Below are positions 52,682 to 64,000 of a stretch of 64,000 nucleotides of DNA, piece after piece. Within the stretch, counting starts at the first letter, position 1. Each line of letters begins with the position of its first letter. Position numbers and translations under genes: made by a program. The notes under the pieces were generated by a model, which ran no database searches, was not told the origin of the DNA, and saw only the letters and a program-made list of their open reading frames with translations. The stretch lies in NCBI GenBank assembly GCA_950097015.1, contig CATNEN010000039.1, forward strand, positions 19,468,001-19,532,000. Reading direction: 5' to 3'. The DNA is from Macrostomum hystrix. Lineage: Eukaryota; Animalia; Platyhelminthes.

Positions 52682-55623
52682 CTAGCCTTTGGCGGCTTTC
52701 AGCACGGCGTCCGCCACCTTCTGGCAGTCAGCGGCGGCTGGAAATTTGCCAGTGCTCAGCTTGGAGAACACCTGGCTGCCGTTCACAAACACCTCGAACT
52801 TGGACGTGGCCGTAGGCGTAGCCTCAGACGTGATGTCCGTCTGGTCACCCGAGCCGCCCAGCAGGTCCAGCAGCTCCTCTTTGAAGCGCCGAAACCTGGA
52901 GGCGTATCCTCAGGCACCGCTGGCGGCAGATTTGGGAAGATGTGGATAAATGTAAAAATGGCAATTGGCAGGGCGATTTGGGTAAACAGATGGTGGGAAA
53001 GAGAGGATCTGAGAGGGTCGGGAGAATGGGAGAGAATGTGAGAGGGTGGGGAGAATCGGAGAGGATGTGGGAGGGTGGGGAGAATCTGAGAGGATGTGGG
53101 AGGGTGGGGAGAATGGGAGAGGATGTGGGAGGGTGGGGAGAATCGGAGAGGATGTGAGAGGGTGGGAAGAATCGGAGAGGATGTGAGAGGGTGGAGAGAA
53201 TCGGAGAGGATGTGAGAGTGTGGGGAGAATGGGAGAGGATCTGAGAGGGTGGGGAGAATCGGAGAGGATGTGAGAGGGTGGGGAGAATGGGATATGATCT
53301 GAGAGGGTGGGGAGAATCGGAGAGGATCTGAAAGGGGCGGGAGAATGGGAGAGGATGTGAGAGGGTGGGGAGAATGGGAGAGGATGTGGGAGGGTGGGGA
53401 GAATCGGAGAGGATGTGAGAGGGTGGGAAGAATCGGAGAGGATGTGAGAGGGTGGGGAGAATCGGAGAGGATGTGAGAGGGTGGGGAGAATGGGAGAGGA
53501 TCTGAGAGGGTGGGGAGAATCGGAGAGGATGTGAGAGGGTGGGGAGAATGGGAGATGATCTGAGAGGGTGGGGAGAATCGGAGAGGATCTGAAAGGGGCG
53601 GGAGAATGGGAGAGGATGTGAGAGGGTGGGGAGAATGGGAGAGGATGTGGGAGGGTGGGGAGAATCGGAGAGGATGTGGGAGGGTGGGGAGAATCGGAGA
53701 GGATGTGAGAGGGTGGGGAGAATCGGAGAGGATGTGAGAGGGTGGGGAGAATGGGAGAGGATGTGGGAGGGTGGGGAGAATCGGAGAGGATGTGAGAGGG
53801 TGGGGAGAATCGGAGAGGATGTGAGAGGGTGGGGAGAATGGGAGAGGATCTGAGAGGGTGGGGAAAATGGGAGAGGATCTGAGAGGGTCGGGAGAATGGG
53901 AGAGGATGTGAGAGGGTGGGGAGAATGGGAGAGGATGTGGGAGGGTGGGGAGAATCGGAGAGGATGTGAGAGGGTGGGGAGAATGGGAGAGGATCTGAGA
54001 GGGTGGGGAGAATGGGAGAGGATCTGAGAGGGTGGGGAGAATCGGAGAGGATCTGAGAGGGTCGGGAGAATGGGAGAGGATGTGAGAGGGTGGGGAGAAT
54101 GGGAGAGGATGTGGGAGGGTGGGGAGAATCGGAGAGGATGTGAGAGGGTGGGAAGAATCGGAGAGGATGTGAGAGGGTGGGGAGAATCGGAGAGGATGTG
54201 AGAGGGTGGGGAGAATCGGAGAGGATGTGAGAGGGTGGGGAGAATGGGAGAGGATCTGAGAGGGTGGGGAGAATGGGAGAGGATCTGAGAGGGTGGGGAG
54301 AATCGGAGAGGATCTGAGAGGGTCGGGAGAATGGGAGAGGATGTGAGAGGGTGGGGAGAATCGGAGAGGATGTGGGAGGGTGGGGAGAATCGGAGAGGAT
54401 GTGAGAGGGTGGGAAGAATCGGAGAGGATGTGAGAGGGTGGGGAGAATCGGAGAGGATGTGAGAGGGTGGGGAGAATCGGAGAGGATGTGAGAGGGTGGG
54501 GAGAATCGGAGAGGATCTGAGAGGGTGGGGAAAATGGGAGAGGATCTGAGAGGGTCGGGAGAATGGGAGAGGATGTGAGAGGGTGGGGAGAATGGGAGAG
54601 GATGTGGGAGGGTGGGGAGAATCGGAGAGGATGTGAGAGGGTGGGGAGAATGGGAGAGGATCTGAGAGGGTGGGGAGAATGGGAGAGGATGTGAGAGGGT
54701 GGGGAGAATCGGAGAGGATCTGAGAGGGTCGGGAGAATGGGAGAGGATGTGAGAGGGTGGGGAGAATGGGAGAGGATGTGGGAGGGTGGGGAGAATCGGA
54801 GAGGATGTGAGAGGGTGGGGAGAATCGGAGAGGATGTGGGAGGGTGGGGAGAATCGGAGAGGATGTGAGAGGGTGGGAAGAATCGGAGAGGATGTGAGAG
54901 GGTGGGGAGAATCGGAGAGGATGTGAGAGGGTGGGGAGAATCGGAGAGGATGTGAGAGGGTGGGGAGAATCGGAGAGGATCTGAGAGGGTGGGGAAAATG
55001 GGAGAGGATCTGAGAGGGTCGGGAGAATGGGAGAGGATGTGAGAGGGTGGGGAGAATGGGAGAGGATGTGGGAGGGTGGGGAGAATCGGAGAGGATGTGA
55101 GAGGGTGGGGAGAATGGGAGAGGATCTGAGAGGGTGGGGAGAATGGGAGAGGATCTGAGAGGGTGGGGAGAATCGGAGAGGATCTGAGAGGGTCGGGAGA
55201 ATGGGAGAGGATGTGAGAGGGTGGGGAGAATGGGAGAGGATGTGGGAGGGTGGGGAGAATCGGAGAGGATGTGAGAGGGTGGGGAGAATCGGAGAGGATG
55301 TGGGAGGGTGGGGAGAATCGGAGAGGATGTGAGAGGGTGGGAAGAATCGGAGAGGATGTGGGAGGGTGGGGAGAATCGGAGAGGATGTGAGAGGGTGGGG
55401 AGAATGGGAGAGGATCTGAGAGGGTGGGGAGAATGGGAGAGGATCTGTGAGGGTGGGGAGAATCGGAGAGGATTGAGAGGGTGGGGAGAATCGGAGAGGA
55501 TCTGAGAGGGTGGGGAGAATGGGAGAGGATCTGTGAGGGTGGGGAGAATCACACTAGTCATCAGATGAAACAACTATCAGAAATTGAGTCTCACCAGTAG
55601 ATAACGTGAACCTTAACAACCAT
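52682..55623 (-). CDS. SELENOW: Selenoprotein W (Rdx family), 88 aa, 2 exons, in-frame UGA = Sec13
   Basis: Exon 1 55623-55595 (ATG GTT GTT AAG GTT CAC GTT ATC TAC TG|gtgaga), exon 2 52919-52682 (ccgccag|C GGT GCC TGA GGA TAC..TAG). Protein MVVKVHVIYCGAUGYASRFRRFKEELLDLLGGSGDQTDITSEATPTATSKFEVFVNGSQVFSKLSTGKFPAAADCQKVADAVLKAAKG; YCGAUGY and FEVxVNGxxxFSK are Rdx/SelW hallmarks. UGA at 52912-52910. Confidence 0.93.
53000..55549 (+). repeat. 29-bp minisatellite (GTGAGAGGGTGGGGAGAATCGGAGAGGAT)n filling the SELENOW intron
   Basis: Directly visible; ~2.55 kb of a 2675-nt intron. Confidence 0.97.
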
Positions 55624-56054
55624 TACAGAGTTTTATGTTTTCACTTAGAGTCTGATAAGTCAGTAGAGCTTGAGCTGGAATAGCCCTTGAGCTGGAATGC
55701 AATGCATGTGTTTTGAAACAAAAACAGAATTTAAAATGAAGCATTTTAGACCTACTGAAAATAAGCAAAGAGAGCTTTAGCTAGAGCAGCACTAGCTTAG
55801 TTGGCCCCTCGCCTTCTCGCCATTAAATGTTTTATTTTGCAGTGTAACTTCAAAACAGAAATCGGAAACTGTAGCTCGGCAAATCTATATTATGTGAAAC
55901 TAAATGAATTGTGAGCAACTAGTAACATGAGCCGCTTATCAGGGTAAAAAGAGGCGTCGCGAAATGAAAATACAGACATGGATTGACAGTGCTGATGTAA
56001 ACTATGCACTTGCTATATTATTCTTAGAAAATTAGACACGAGGCGAGAATCTAC

Positions 56055-56380
56055 ACTGATTGGCTGGCGAGGAATTGACTGGGGTGGATGGGGTTTAATG
56101 ATTGCTGATTGGCTGACTGGCCAGGCATTGTCTGGGGTGGGGTTGCATAGAGTGTAAGCTGATTGGCTGGCGAGGAATGGACTGGGGTGGATGGGGTTTA
56201 ATGATTGCTGAATGGCTGACTGGCCAGGCATTGTCTGGGGTGGGGTTGCATAGAGTGTAAGCTGATTGGCTAGCGAGGAATTGACTGGGGTGGATGGGGT
56301 TTAATGATTGCTGATTGGCTGGCTGGCCAGCCATTGTCTGGGGTGGGGTTGCATAGAGTGTAAGCTGATTGGCTGGCGAG
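56055..56380 (+). repeat. 103-bp tandem repeat, ~3.2 copies, rich in CCAAT (minus strand) and GGGTGG motifs
   Basis: GATTGGCT(G/A)GCGAG recurs at 56058, 56161, 56264 and 56367. Confidence 0.9.
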
Positions 56381-56843
56381 TGATATTTGATGTGGGTGGT
56401 GTAGAATTTAAGCTCATTAGACTATTCTCGTTAGTGAATTTGTTCTATATTTTCTATATACATTTTCATATTTAGACGAACATAAGTTTAAATAAAACAG
56501 TATACAAACTAAAAAGGAATGTCACAAAACAATTTAGACGGGAAAAATGCGAAAGCAACTCTAAATAAGGGATAATTAACTTCAAGGGCTTGTTAAATAG
56601 TACCAAGCTACCGCGAGACTACACAAAGGTTCAGAAAAAGAAATTGGACAATTAATTGAGATGCTATGTTGAAGACTTGCAAAGTATGCTTTGTAACAAA
56701 ATCACAACACAGACAGTAGAGACTACAGCACTTCACAGAAATAAGGTCATAGATGGAAAATATTATAAAAACTGGGTTATTAGATGTATACTCGTGTAAG
56801 TGTAAATAAAATCGATTGTCAATTTGAATCGGACAGACAAAAT

Positions 56844-59800
56844 TCATTCTGTAGATCCCGGCTTAGCAGTAGCCCAACTGGGATGACCATCGCTCTGGGC
56901 TGTCTGCTGCTGCTGCTGCGAACTAGCAGAAGCCACTGCTCCTGAAACAGCGGCGTTGGCGCTGCGTCCGTGACTGAACGATACCAGCGAGCTGGAACGA
57001 CTAGCCGGACCGTCGGCTTGATCAGCAAGTGCCTCGACTGAACTGGCAACGTCGGCTTCGAAGGCAGCCTGGGCGACGGCGGCAGGGGCGACGGCGGCGG
57101 CAGGGGCGACGGCGGCGGCAGTGGCCGCAGTGCCAGGAGCCGATAAATTCGCTGGAGGCTGCTGCGGAGGAGGCTGCCTAGCTAAATGATCGCGCAACGC
57201 GTTGGGCTCGCACGGACACTGAAAGTGCACCACGTGGAACACCTCATTGGCAGTGTTCATTGTGCCGATGATGCGAACAAACACTATTGGCCTCGGTTGG
57301 AAAGTGATGACCTGCCAGGATCGGCATTGAGTGCGGCTTGCGTCCCAGACTCGATCCCAGTGTGTCTGATCGCAGCTAGTGTCAACCTGTGAGTATGGTG
57401 AGACAACAGTTTACTCAAAGTGTTTAGAGTTGAATTGAGTATGTACAGTGGATTGAGTATGTACAGTGGATTGAGCATGTACAGTGGATTGAGCATGTAC
57501 AGTGGATTGAGTATGTACAGTGGATTGAGCATGTACAGTGGATTGAGTATGTACAGTGGATTGAGTATGTACAGTGGATTGAGTATGTACAGTGGATTGA
57601 GCATGTACAGTGGATTGAGCATGTACAGTGGATTGAGCATGTACAGTGGATTGAGCATGTACAGTGGATTGAGTATGTACAGTGGATTGAGCATGTACAG
57701 TGGATTGAGCATGTACAGTGGATTGAGCATGTACAGTGGATTGAGTATGTACAGTGGATTGAGCATGTACAGTGGATTGAGTATGTACAGTGGATTGAGC
57801 ATGTACAGTGGATTGAGCATGTACAGTGGATTGAGCATGTACAGTGGATTGAGTATGTACAGTGGATTGAGTATGTACAGTGGATTGAGCATGTACAGTG
57901 GATTGAGCATGTACAGTGGATTGAGCATGTACAGTGGATTGAGTATGTACAGTGGATTGAGTATGTACAGTGGATTGAGCATGTACAGTGGATTGAGCAT
58001 GTACAGTGGATTGAGCATGTACAGTGGATTGAGCATGTACAGTGGATTGAGTATGTACAGTGGATTGAGCATGTACAGTGGATTGAGCATGAACAGTGGA
58101 TTGAGTATGTACAGTGGATTGAGTATGTACAGTGGATTGAGTATGTACAGTGGATTGAGTATGTACAGTGGATTGAGTATGTACAGTGGATTGAGTATGT
58201 ACAGTGGATTGAGTATGTCCAGTGAATTGAGTCTACTGAGCCACAGCAACAGATCAACAAACCGTATAAGAATAGGCGCGTGAGTCTAGATCCCAAAGCA
58301 ATAGTTGCATTGAGCCGATAAAATAAGGCTGAGACAGTTGCACAACAATGGCGCCATTGCCCAATTGGTGACAAGTGTAGCCAGAATCCCAGTCGTAGTT
58401 TTTAGTGTCGCCATTAATTAGAGCGTTGCGCAATCTGCTGACACCTTCAATAACGCAGGCAGATTTAGTAACCGTGGCAACATTCTCCTCAGGAGCGATA
58501 AGACCGTCTATTAGGACGAAGCGCCGCCTGCTATAGAATGCTTCTAAGGCTACGCAGTGAAATACCCTATTAACTGTGTTGTGCGTGCCAACAATGCGAA
58601 TGTAGCGAACTACTCGCTCGGGAAAGTAGAGCTCCTGCCAGCTGCGGCACAGGTAGGCCCGGTGATCGATCACCTGCACCCAATCAGTCTCATTGATGCT
58701 AACCTGGAGAATACAAGTTGAATAATATGTTTAAACAGCAGCACCAGATTGAAGGGAGGGGGTAGCGGCCAGTTTGATAAGATAACAGCAGCACCAGATT
58801 GAAGGGAGGGGGTAGCGGCCAGTTTGATAAGATAACAGCAGCACCAGATTGAAGGGAGGGGGGTAGCGGCCAGTTTGATAAGATAACAGCAGCACCAGAT
58901 TGAAGGGAGGGGGGTAGCGGCCAGTTTGATAAGATAACAGCAGCACCAGATTGAAGGGAGGGGGGTAGCGGCTAGTTTGATAAGATAACAGCAGCACCAG
59001 ATTGAAGGGAGGGGGTAGCGGCCAGTTTGATAAGATAACAGCAGCACCAGATTGAAGGGAGGGGGTAGCGGCCAGTTTGATAAGATAACAGCAGCACCAG
59101 ATTGAAGGGAGGGGGGTAGCGGCTAGTTTGATAAGATAACAGCAGCACCAGATTGAAGGGAGGGGGGTAGCGGCCAGTTTGATAAGATAACAGCAGCACC
59201 AGATTGAAGGGAGGGGGTAGCGGCCAGTTTGATAAGATAACAGCAGCACCAGATTGAAGAGAGGGGGTAGCGGCCAGTTTGATAAGATAACAGCAGCACC
59301 AGATTGAAGGGAGGGGGGTAGCGGCCAGTTTGATAAGATAACAGCAGCACCAGATTGAAGGGAGGGGGGTAGCGGCCAGTTTGATAAGATAACAGCAGCA
59401 CCAGATTGAAGGGAGGGGGGTAGCGGCTAGTTTGATAAGATAACAGCAGCACCAGATTGAAGGGAGGGGGGTAGCGGCCAGTTTGATAAGATAACAGCAG
59501 CACCAGATTGAAGGGAGGGGGTAGCGGCCAGTTTGATAAGATAACAGCAGCACCAGATTGAAGGGAGGGGGTAGCGGCTAGTTTGATAAGATAACAGCAG
59601 CACCAGATTGAAGGGAGGGGGGTAGCGGCCAGTTTGATAAGATAACAGCAGCACCAGATTGAAGGGAGGGGGTAGCGGCCAGTTTGATAAGATAACAGCA
59701 GCACCAGATTGAAGGGAGGGGGGTAGCGGCCAGTTTGATAAGATAACAGCAGCACCAGATTGAAGGGAGGGGGGTAGCGGCCAGTTTGATAAGATAACAG

Positions 59801-62634
59801 CAGCACCAGATTGAAGGGAGGGGGGTGGCGGCCAGTTTGATAAGATAACAGCAGCACCAGATTGAAGGGAGGGGGGTAGCGGCTAGTTTGATAAGATAAC
59901 AGCAGCACCAGATTGAAGGGAGGGGGGTAGCGGCCAGTTTGATAAGATAACAGCAGCACCAGATTGAAGGGAGGGGGTAGCGGCCAGTTTGATAAGATAA
60001 CAGCAGCACCAGATTGAAGGGAGGGGGGTGGCGGCCAGTTTGATAAGATAACAGCAGCACCAGATTGAAGGGAGGGGGTAGCGGCCAGTTTGATAAGATA
60101 ACAGCAGCACCAGATTGAAGAGAGGGGGTAGCGGCCAGTTTGATAAGATAACAGCAGCACCAGATTGAAGGGAGGGGGGTAGCGGCCAGTTTGATAAGAT
60201 AACAGCAGCACCAGATTGAAGGGAGGGGGGTAGCGGCCAGTTTGATAAGATAACAGCAGCACCAGATTGAAGGGAGGGGGTAGCGGCCAGTTTGATAAGA
60301 TAACAGCAGCACCAGATTGAAGGGAGGGGGTAGCGGCTAGTTTGATAAGATAACAGCAGCACCAGATTGAAGGGAGGGGGGTAGCAGCCAGTTTGATAAG
60401 ATAACAGCAGCACCAGATTGAAGGGAGGGGGGTAGCGGCCAGTTTGATAAGATAACAGCAGCACCAGATTGAAGGGAGGGGGGTAGCGGCCAGTTTGATA
60501 AGATAACAGCAGCACCAGATTGAAGGGAGGGGGGTAGCGGCCAGTTTGATAAGATAACAGCAGCACCAGATTGAAGGGAGGGGGTAGCAGCCAGTTTGAT
60601 AAGATAACAGCAGCACCAGATTGAAGGGAGGGGGTAGCAGCCAGTTTGATAAGATAACAGCAGCACCAGATTGAAGGGAGGGGGGTAGCAGCCAGTTTGA
60701 TAAGATAACAGCAGCACCAGATTGAAGGGAGGGGGGTAGCGGCCAGTTTGATAAGATAACAGCAGCACCAGATTGTAAGAAATCGCGCACCTCAATATAG
60801 TAGCTGTATGACCGAGTGTCCTTATCCCAGAGCAGCAGTCTGAGCAGGTTAATAATGGAAGGCTGACCAAGTTTCACCACAATGCTACCATTTTTATCGT
60901 CTATTGGATGGCGAGTAAATCCGCGATCCAAATCGTAATTCACAGTGTCACCATCGAGCAGGACAACTCGACATTCGCCTTTGGTAACCTGAGCACCGTG
61001 CCGAATGGTTGCAAGGTTCTCCTCTGGCAGAAGGATGCCCCTGTAGCGAAGCTCACAGTCAGGACGGGCGTTCTTCTCCTGCCGGGTTGAAGGGGGAATA
61101 TAGTGGGGATATCTAAGTCTGAGGATCTGACAAATCTAAAATGGGGATTCAAAGTCTGAGGATCTGACAAACCTAAAATGGGGATTCTAAGTCTGAGGAG
61201 CCGAAAACCACAAAATCAAAAACTCTAGACTATGGATCTAATAAATAAATTTTACATAGGGATTTAAAGTTTAGCGATCTAACAAACCTAAAAAATCAGA
61301 ATAGAATGTACCTGAATAGCATCCAGCAGCGCATCAGGACTAATCTGTCCGCTAGGCCGTACAGTATTGAGCAAGTCGGACAGGCTAATGAGCTCTAGTC
61401 TAAGGCAGGAGTAGATGCTGCGGGCATCTTCAGGAGTCAATTCTCCTGGCGCGCGCGCCAGACACCAAGCGCGCACAGCATTGAATATCTGGCATTCGTC
61501 AGCAAAGAAGCTGTCTCGCGAGATCAGCTGTACAAGGGCCTGACGGGATAGGCTGAGGAAACTTAAGCTGGCCTGCTGCTGCTGCTGCTGCTGCTGCGAC
61601 AATGCCGTCTGTTCAACTGAGTCCGCGATTCCAAAGCCCGTTAACTGCAGATTTATTCGAATATTCGACAACTTTTTAGACAATCTTACACCCAGATAAG
61701 ATGTCAATATGAGATTTAGATGAAACTTTAATTACGGATTAAGATTTATTTAACTCAGTTTTATCTGCCACATTCAGGGGAGTGAGTAGCAGAGCAGTTA
61801 AACGCGTTTGCCTCTTGCGATCACCATGGTACTGAGCTCGATTCCGCGCGAGGCCAGTAAATTAGGGCGCAGCCGCAGAGAGAAGGCTTGGGAGCTTGTC
61901 GTGCAATTTACGCCCTTGAGGGCCAACCTCCAAGGCACAGTGAGAGTGTACACTGCCTGACGATGAGAAAGTCAGGGCAGATGTACACACCTGTGTGAGT
62001 GCATGACTGCGTACTGTACCTGTGTGCGTGTGTGCTCAGGAGTCAGCGGAATGGGCAGAATTGCCTCCTCGCTGGCTGCGGGTCTAGTGTCACTAAATGA
62101 CGTGCCATTGCCTGCAGCCCTCCTGCAATTATTTTTTTCTGGACATTCACAAAAAATTAACTAACGCTTGAATTCGGATATTGGATATTGGATCATTCAA
62201 GTAAATCTCATTTAATGACTTGTAGTAATAACAAATTTCATTTCAAATCTCACACTGATCTCACACTATAAATATCATTATAAATAGCTAACAATGCTAC
62301 TCTTAAATGTCAATATATAATTAAAATTTCTCGTAAACAATTTTGTTAGTTAGTTTTCATGTGAATCAACACGATAAAAAAATAGTTCTACCTGTCGCAG
62401 CTGTTGGCTGTGTGAAATGCTGAGCACGGACTCGAGAATGCGGCTGGCATTGCGGTCAAGAAATTCCAGACAAGTGTCGCACAATGATTTTAAACTATAG
62501 GCTGTAGCCAAATTGTACACCAGAGCTATATTGCTAGGTGTCAAGCTGACCTTAAGAAATTCGGACAGGGCTGTCTCCAGCTGGACAAAGTTGAATTGGT
62601 GAGCTAGGCCCAGAAGGTCAAGAATGGCATCTTC
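56844..62634 (-). CDS. BTBD9: BTB/POZ domain-containing protein 9, 5' part outside window
   Basis: Exons 62634-62392 (EDAILDLLGLAHQFNFVQLE), 61644-61312 (LISRDSFFADECQIFNAVRAW, BACK), 61078-60791 (YRGILLPEENLAT..LLDGDTVNYDLDRGFTRHPI), 58703-58263 (YIRIVGTHNTVNRVFHCV..NYDWDSGYTCHQLG), 57386-56844 (FVRIIGTMNTANEVFHVVHFQCP). All GT-AG, phase 0. Confidence 0.95.
57434..58232 (+). repeat. 18-bp minisatellite (AGTGGATTGAGYATGTAC)n
   Basis: Fills the last BTBD9 intron. Confidence 0.97.
58733..60776 (+). repeat. 50/51-bp minisatellite (AACAGCAGCACCAGATTGAAGGGAGGGGG(G)TAGCGGCCAGTTTGATAAGAT)n, ~40 copies
   Basis: Fills BTBD9 intron 58704-60790 almost end to end. Confidence 0.97.
61778..62136 (+). mobile_element. 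tRNA-derived SINE family A copy (antisense in BTBD9 intron)
   Basis: Body nearly identical to 28852-29230. Confidence 0.85.
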
Positions 62635-64000
62635 CTTTATAAAATTGAATAGGTGTATTTGGTTATTATGGAGCCAATAAATTATTTTATTAGTTGCACA
62701 TACTTAACTTGGCCTAATGTGTATTATATCCATTATATGCTGCTCACCACATAAGCTAATGTGCCATTAATAACTGCAACTTAGTAATTCATCATAGTTT
62801 CTGTTTTATTATTGTATCACCATACATGCGCAACCTCCCAAATCTTAGCCGGCCGTGCGACTTAGTTTTTGCTCTCATTTGCGACTTAGTTCATTTCATT
62901 GCTCTATTTACAACTTAGTTTGCTCTCATTTGCTCTCTTTTTCTCTCCCCTTTTTCCTTTTCTTCACGCCTTCCTTTTTTGTCCCTTGGTCCCCCCTTTG
63001 ATTTTTTTGCGCTTGGTCAATTGGTTTTTGCGACTTACCTTGCTTGGCCCTCGTTTCACCCGGCCGGTTCGGCCGGGTCGGCCGGGTGTTGCGCATGTAT
63101 GTGTATCACACTTAGTAAAGTATAAAAATAGCTAGCAAATTTACAAAAACATTTGTGTTTAAAACAAATATTATAACATTTATTATACTTGAGAAACTTG
63201 ATTTTCAGGGAAGCAATTAGCATGCAGCAGGCTAAGGAAAACTTTTCTTATAAATAAGTATATACATACAAGTGCAACCTCCATAATCTCAGTTGACCAT
63301 GAGTTTTTTCAACTAAAAATGTACCATCAATTGTTGCAGATCAGTTTGATAGGTTTAAACACACTTTTTATTGCAAATGCAATGATTTGCAATACTTGGT
63401 GAAATGGTTTTGGTAGAGAATATAAATGTGAAAAACTAAAGGTAGTCACAATTGCAAATCACAATTATGACCTACTTGGGCCTGCTACATAGTTGCCACT
63501 GGCAAGCAATGAAATATTAGTGCTAGATGAAAAACTTTGCGCAGCATTAGATCAATTTGTTTAAAACTTTATAATAAACATTAAAATTCATAAGCAGTAA
63601 CCACAAGTCCACAAATCCCATAGTTATCTTTCTCTTTTAGCCAGTCTTTATCCCATTTTGTGGCTTGGCCTTGTTGGTTTGGCTTCCACTTAGGCTTTGC
63701 TTTGGAACTCATGCCTGGTGCAAGTGTCTATTCAATTAAATAGTCTCTTCTGTTGCTTATGTTACTTTGTTGAAAAACAAGTTCTCTGTATAAACGGGAT
63801 TAAATAAAGAGCTTTAGCTGGGCCATTTGGGTGGGACTGCGATTGGGCCAGGGGTGAACCAAACCCCACATCTCAGACCCTCAGAATAAAGCCAAAGGGA
63901 GACAAAAGAAAAACAGAGAGTAGAAAAAAAGAGAGAAGAATATCTCTCTGTAGAAAAACAGAGAGAGAAGAAAAGAAGAAAGTCAGAGAAAAGAAGAAAA

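Noticed and set aside
52910-55573. 887-aa minus-strand ORF
   Set aside because: Translation of the 29-bp intronic array; it ends at the SELENOW Sec UGA.
58733-60776. CRISPR-like array or repeat-protein ORFs
   Set aside because: Head-to-tail units with no unique spacers, inside a spliceosomal intron; no cas genes; eukaryotic context.

Overview
Eukaryotic (animal) genomic DNA with GT-AG spliced genes. The style (poly-Q/poly-A rich proteins, tRNA-derived SINEs, minisatellite-filled introns) suggests a free-living flatworm such as Macrostomum, but this is a guess. I assembled six genes by hand with phase-consistent splice sites: (+) a 12-exon LEV-10-like receptor (signal peptide, 5 CUB, LDLa, TM, PDZ-binding tail; 3055-20299); (+) GBF1 Sec7 Arf-GEF (15 exons, 23733-39137); (+) cystinosin (42549-46731); (+) a divergent Na,K-ATPase beta-like gene with a ~320-aa N-terminal extension (48308-50715); (-) selenoprotein W (55623-52682) with an in-frame UGA in a CxxU motif and a SECIS-like hairpin in its 3'UTR, invisible in the ORF track; and (-) the 3' part of BTBD9 (62634-56844). 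About 19 of the 35 coding-region introns hold tandem arrays (4-51 bp units, mostly different between introns), and most long ORFs in the track are artefacts of these arrays. Also present: two tRNA-derived SINE families, a nested inverted-repeat cluster, a partial exon copy inserted in an intronic repeat, and a possible trans-spliced operon arrangement (BTBD9 to SELENOW).
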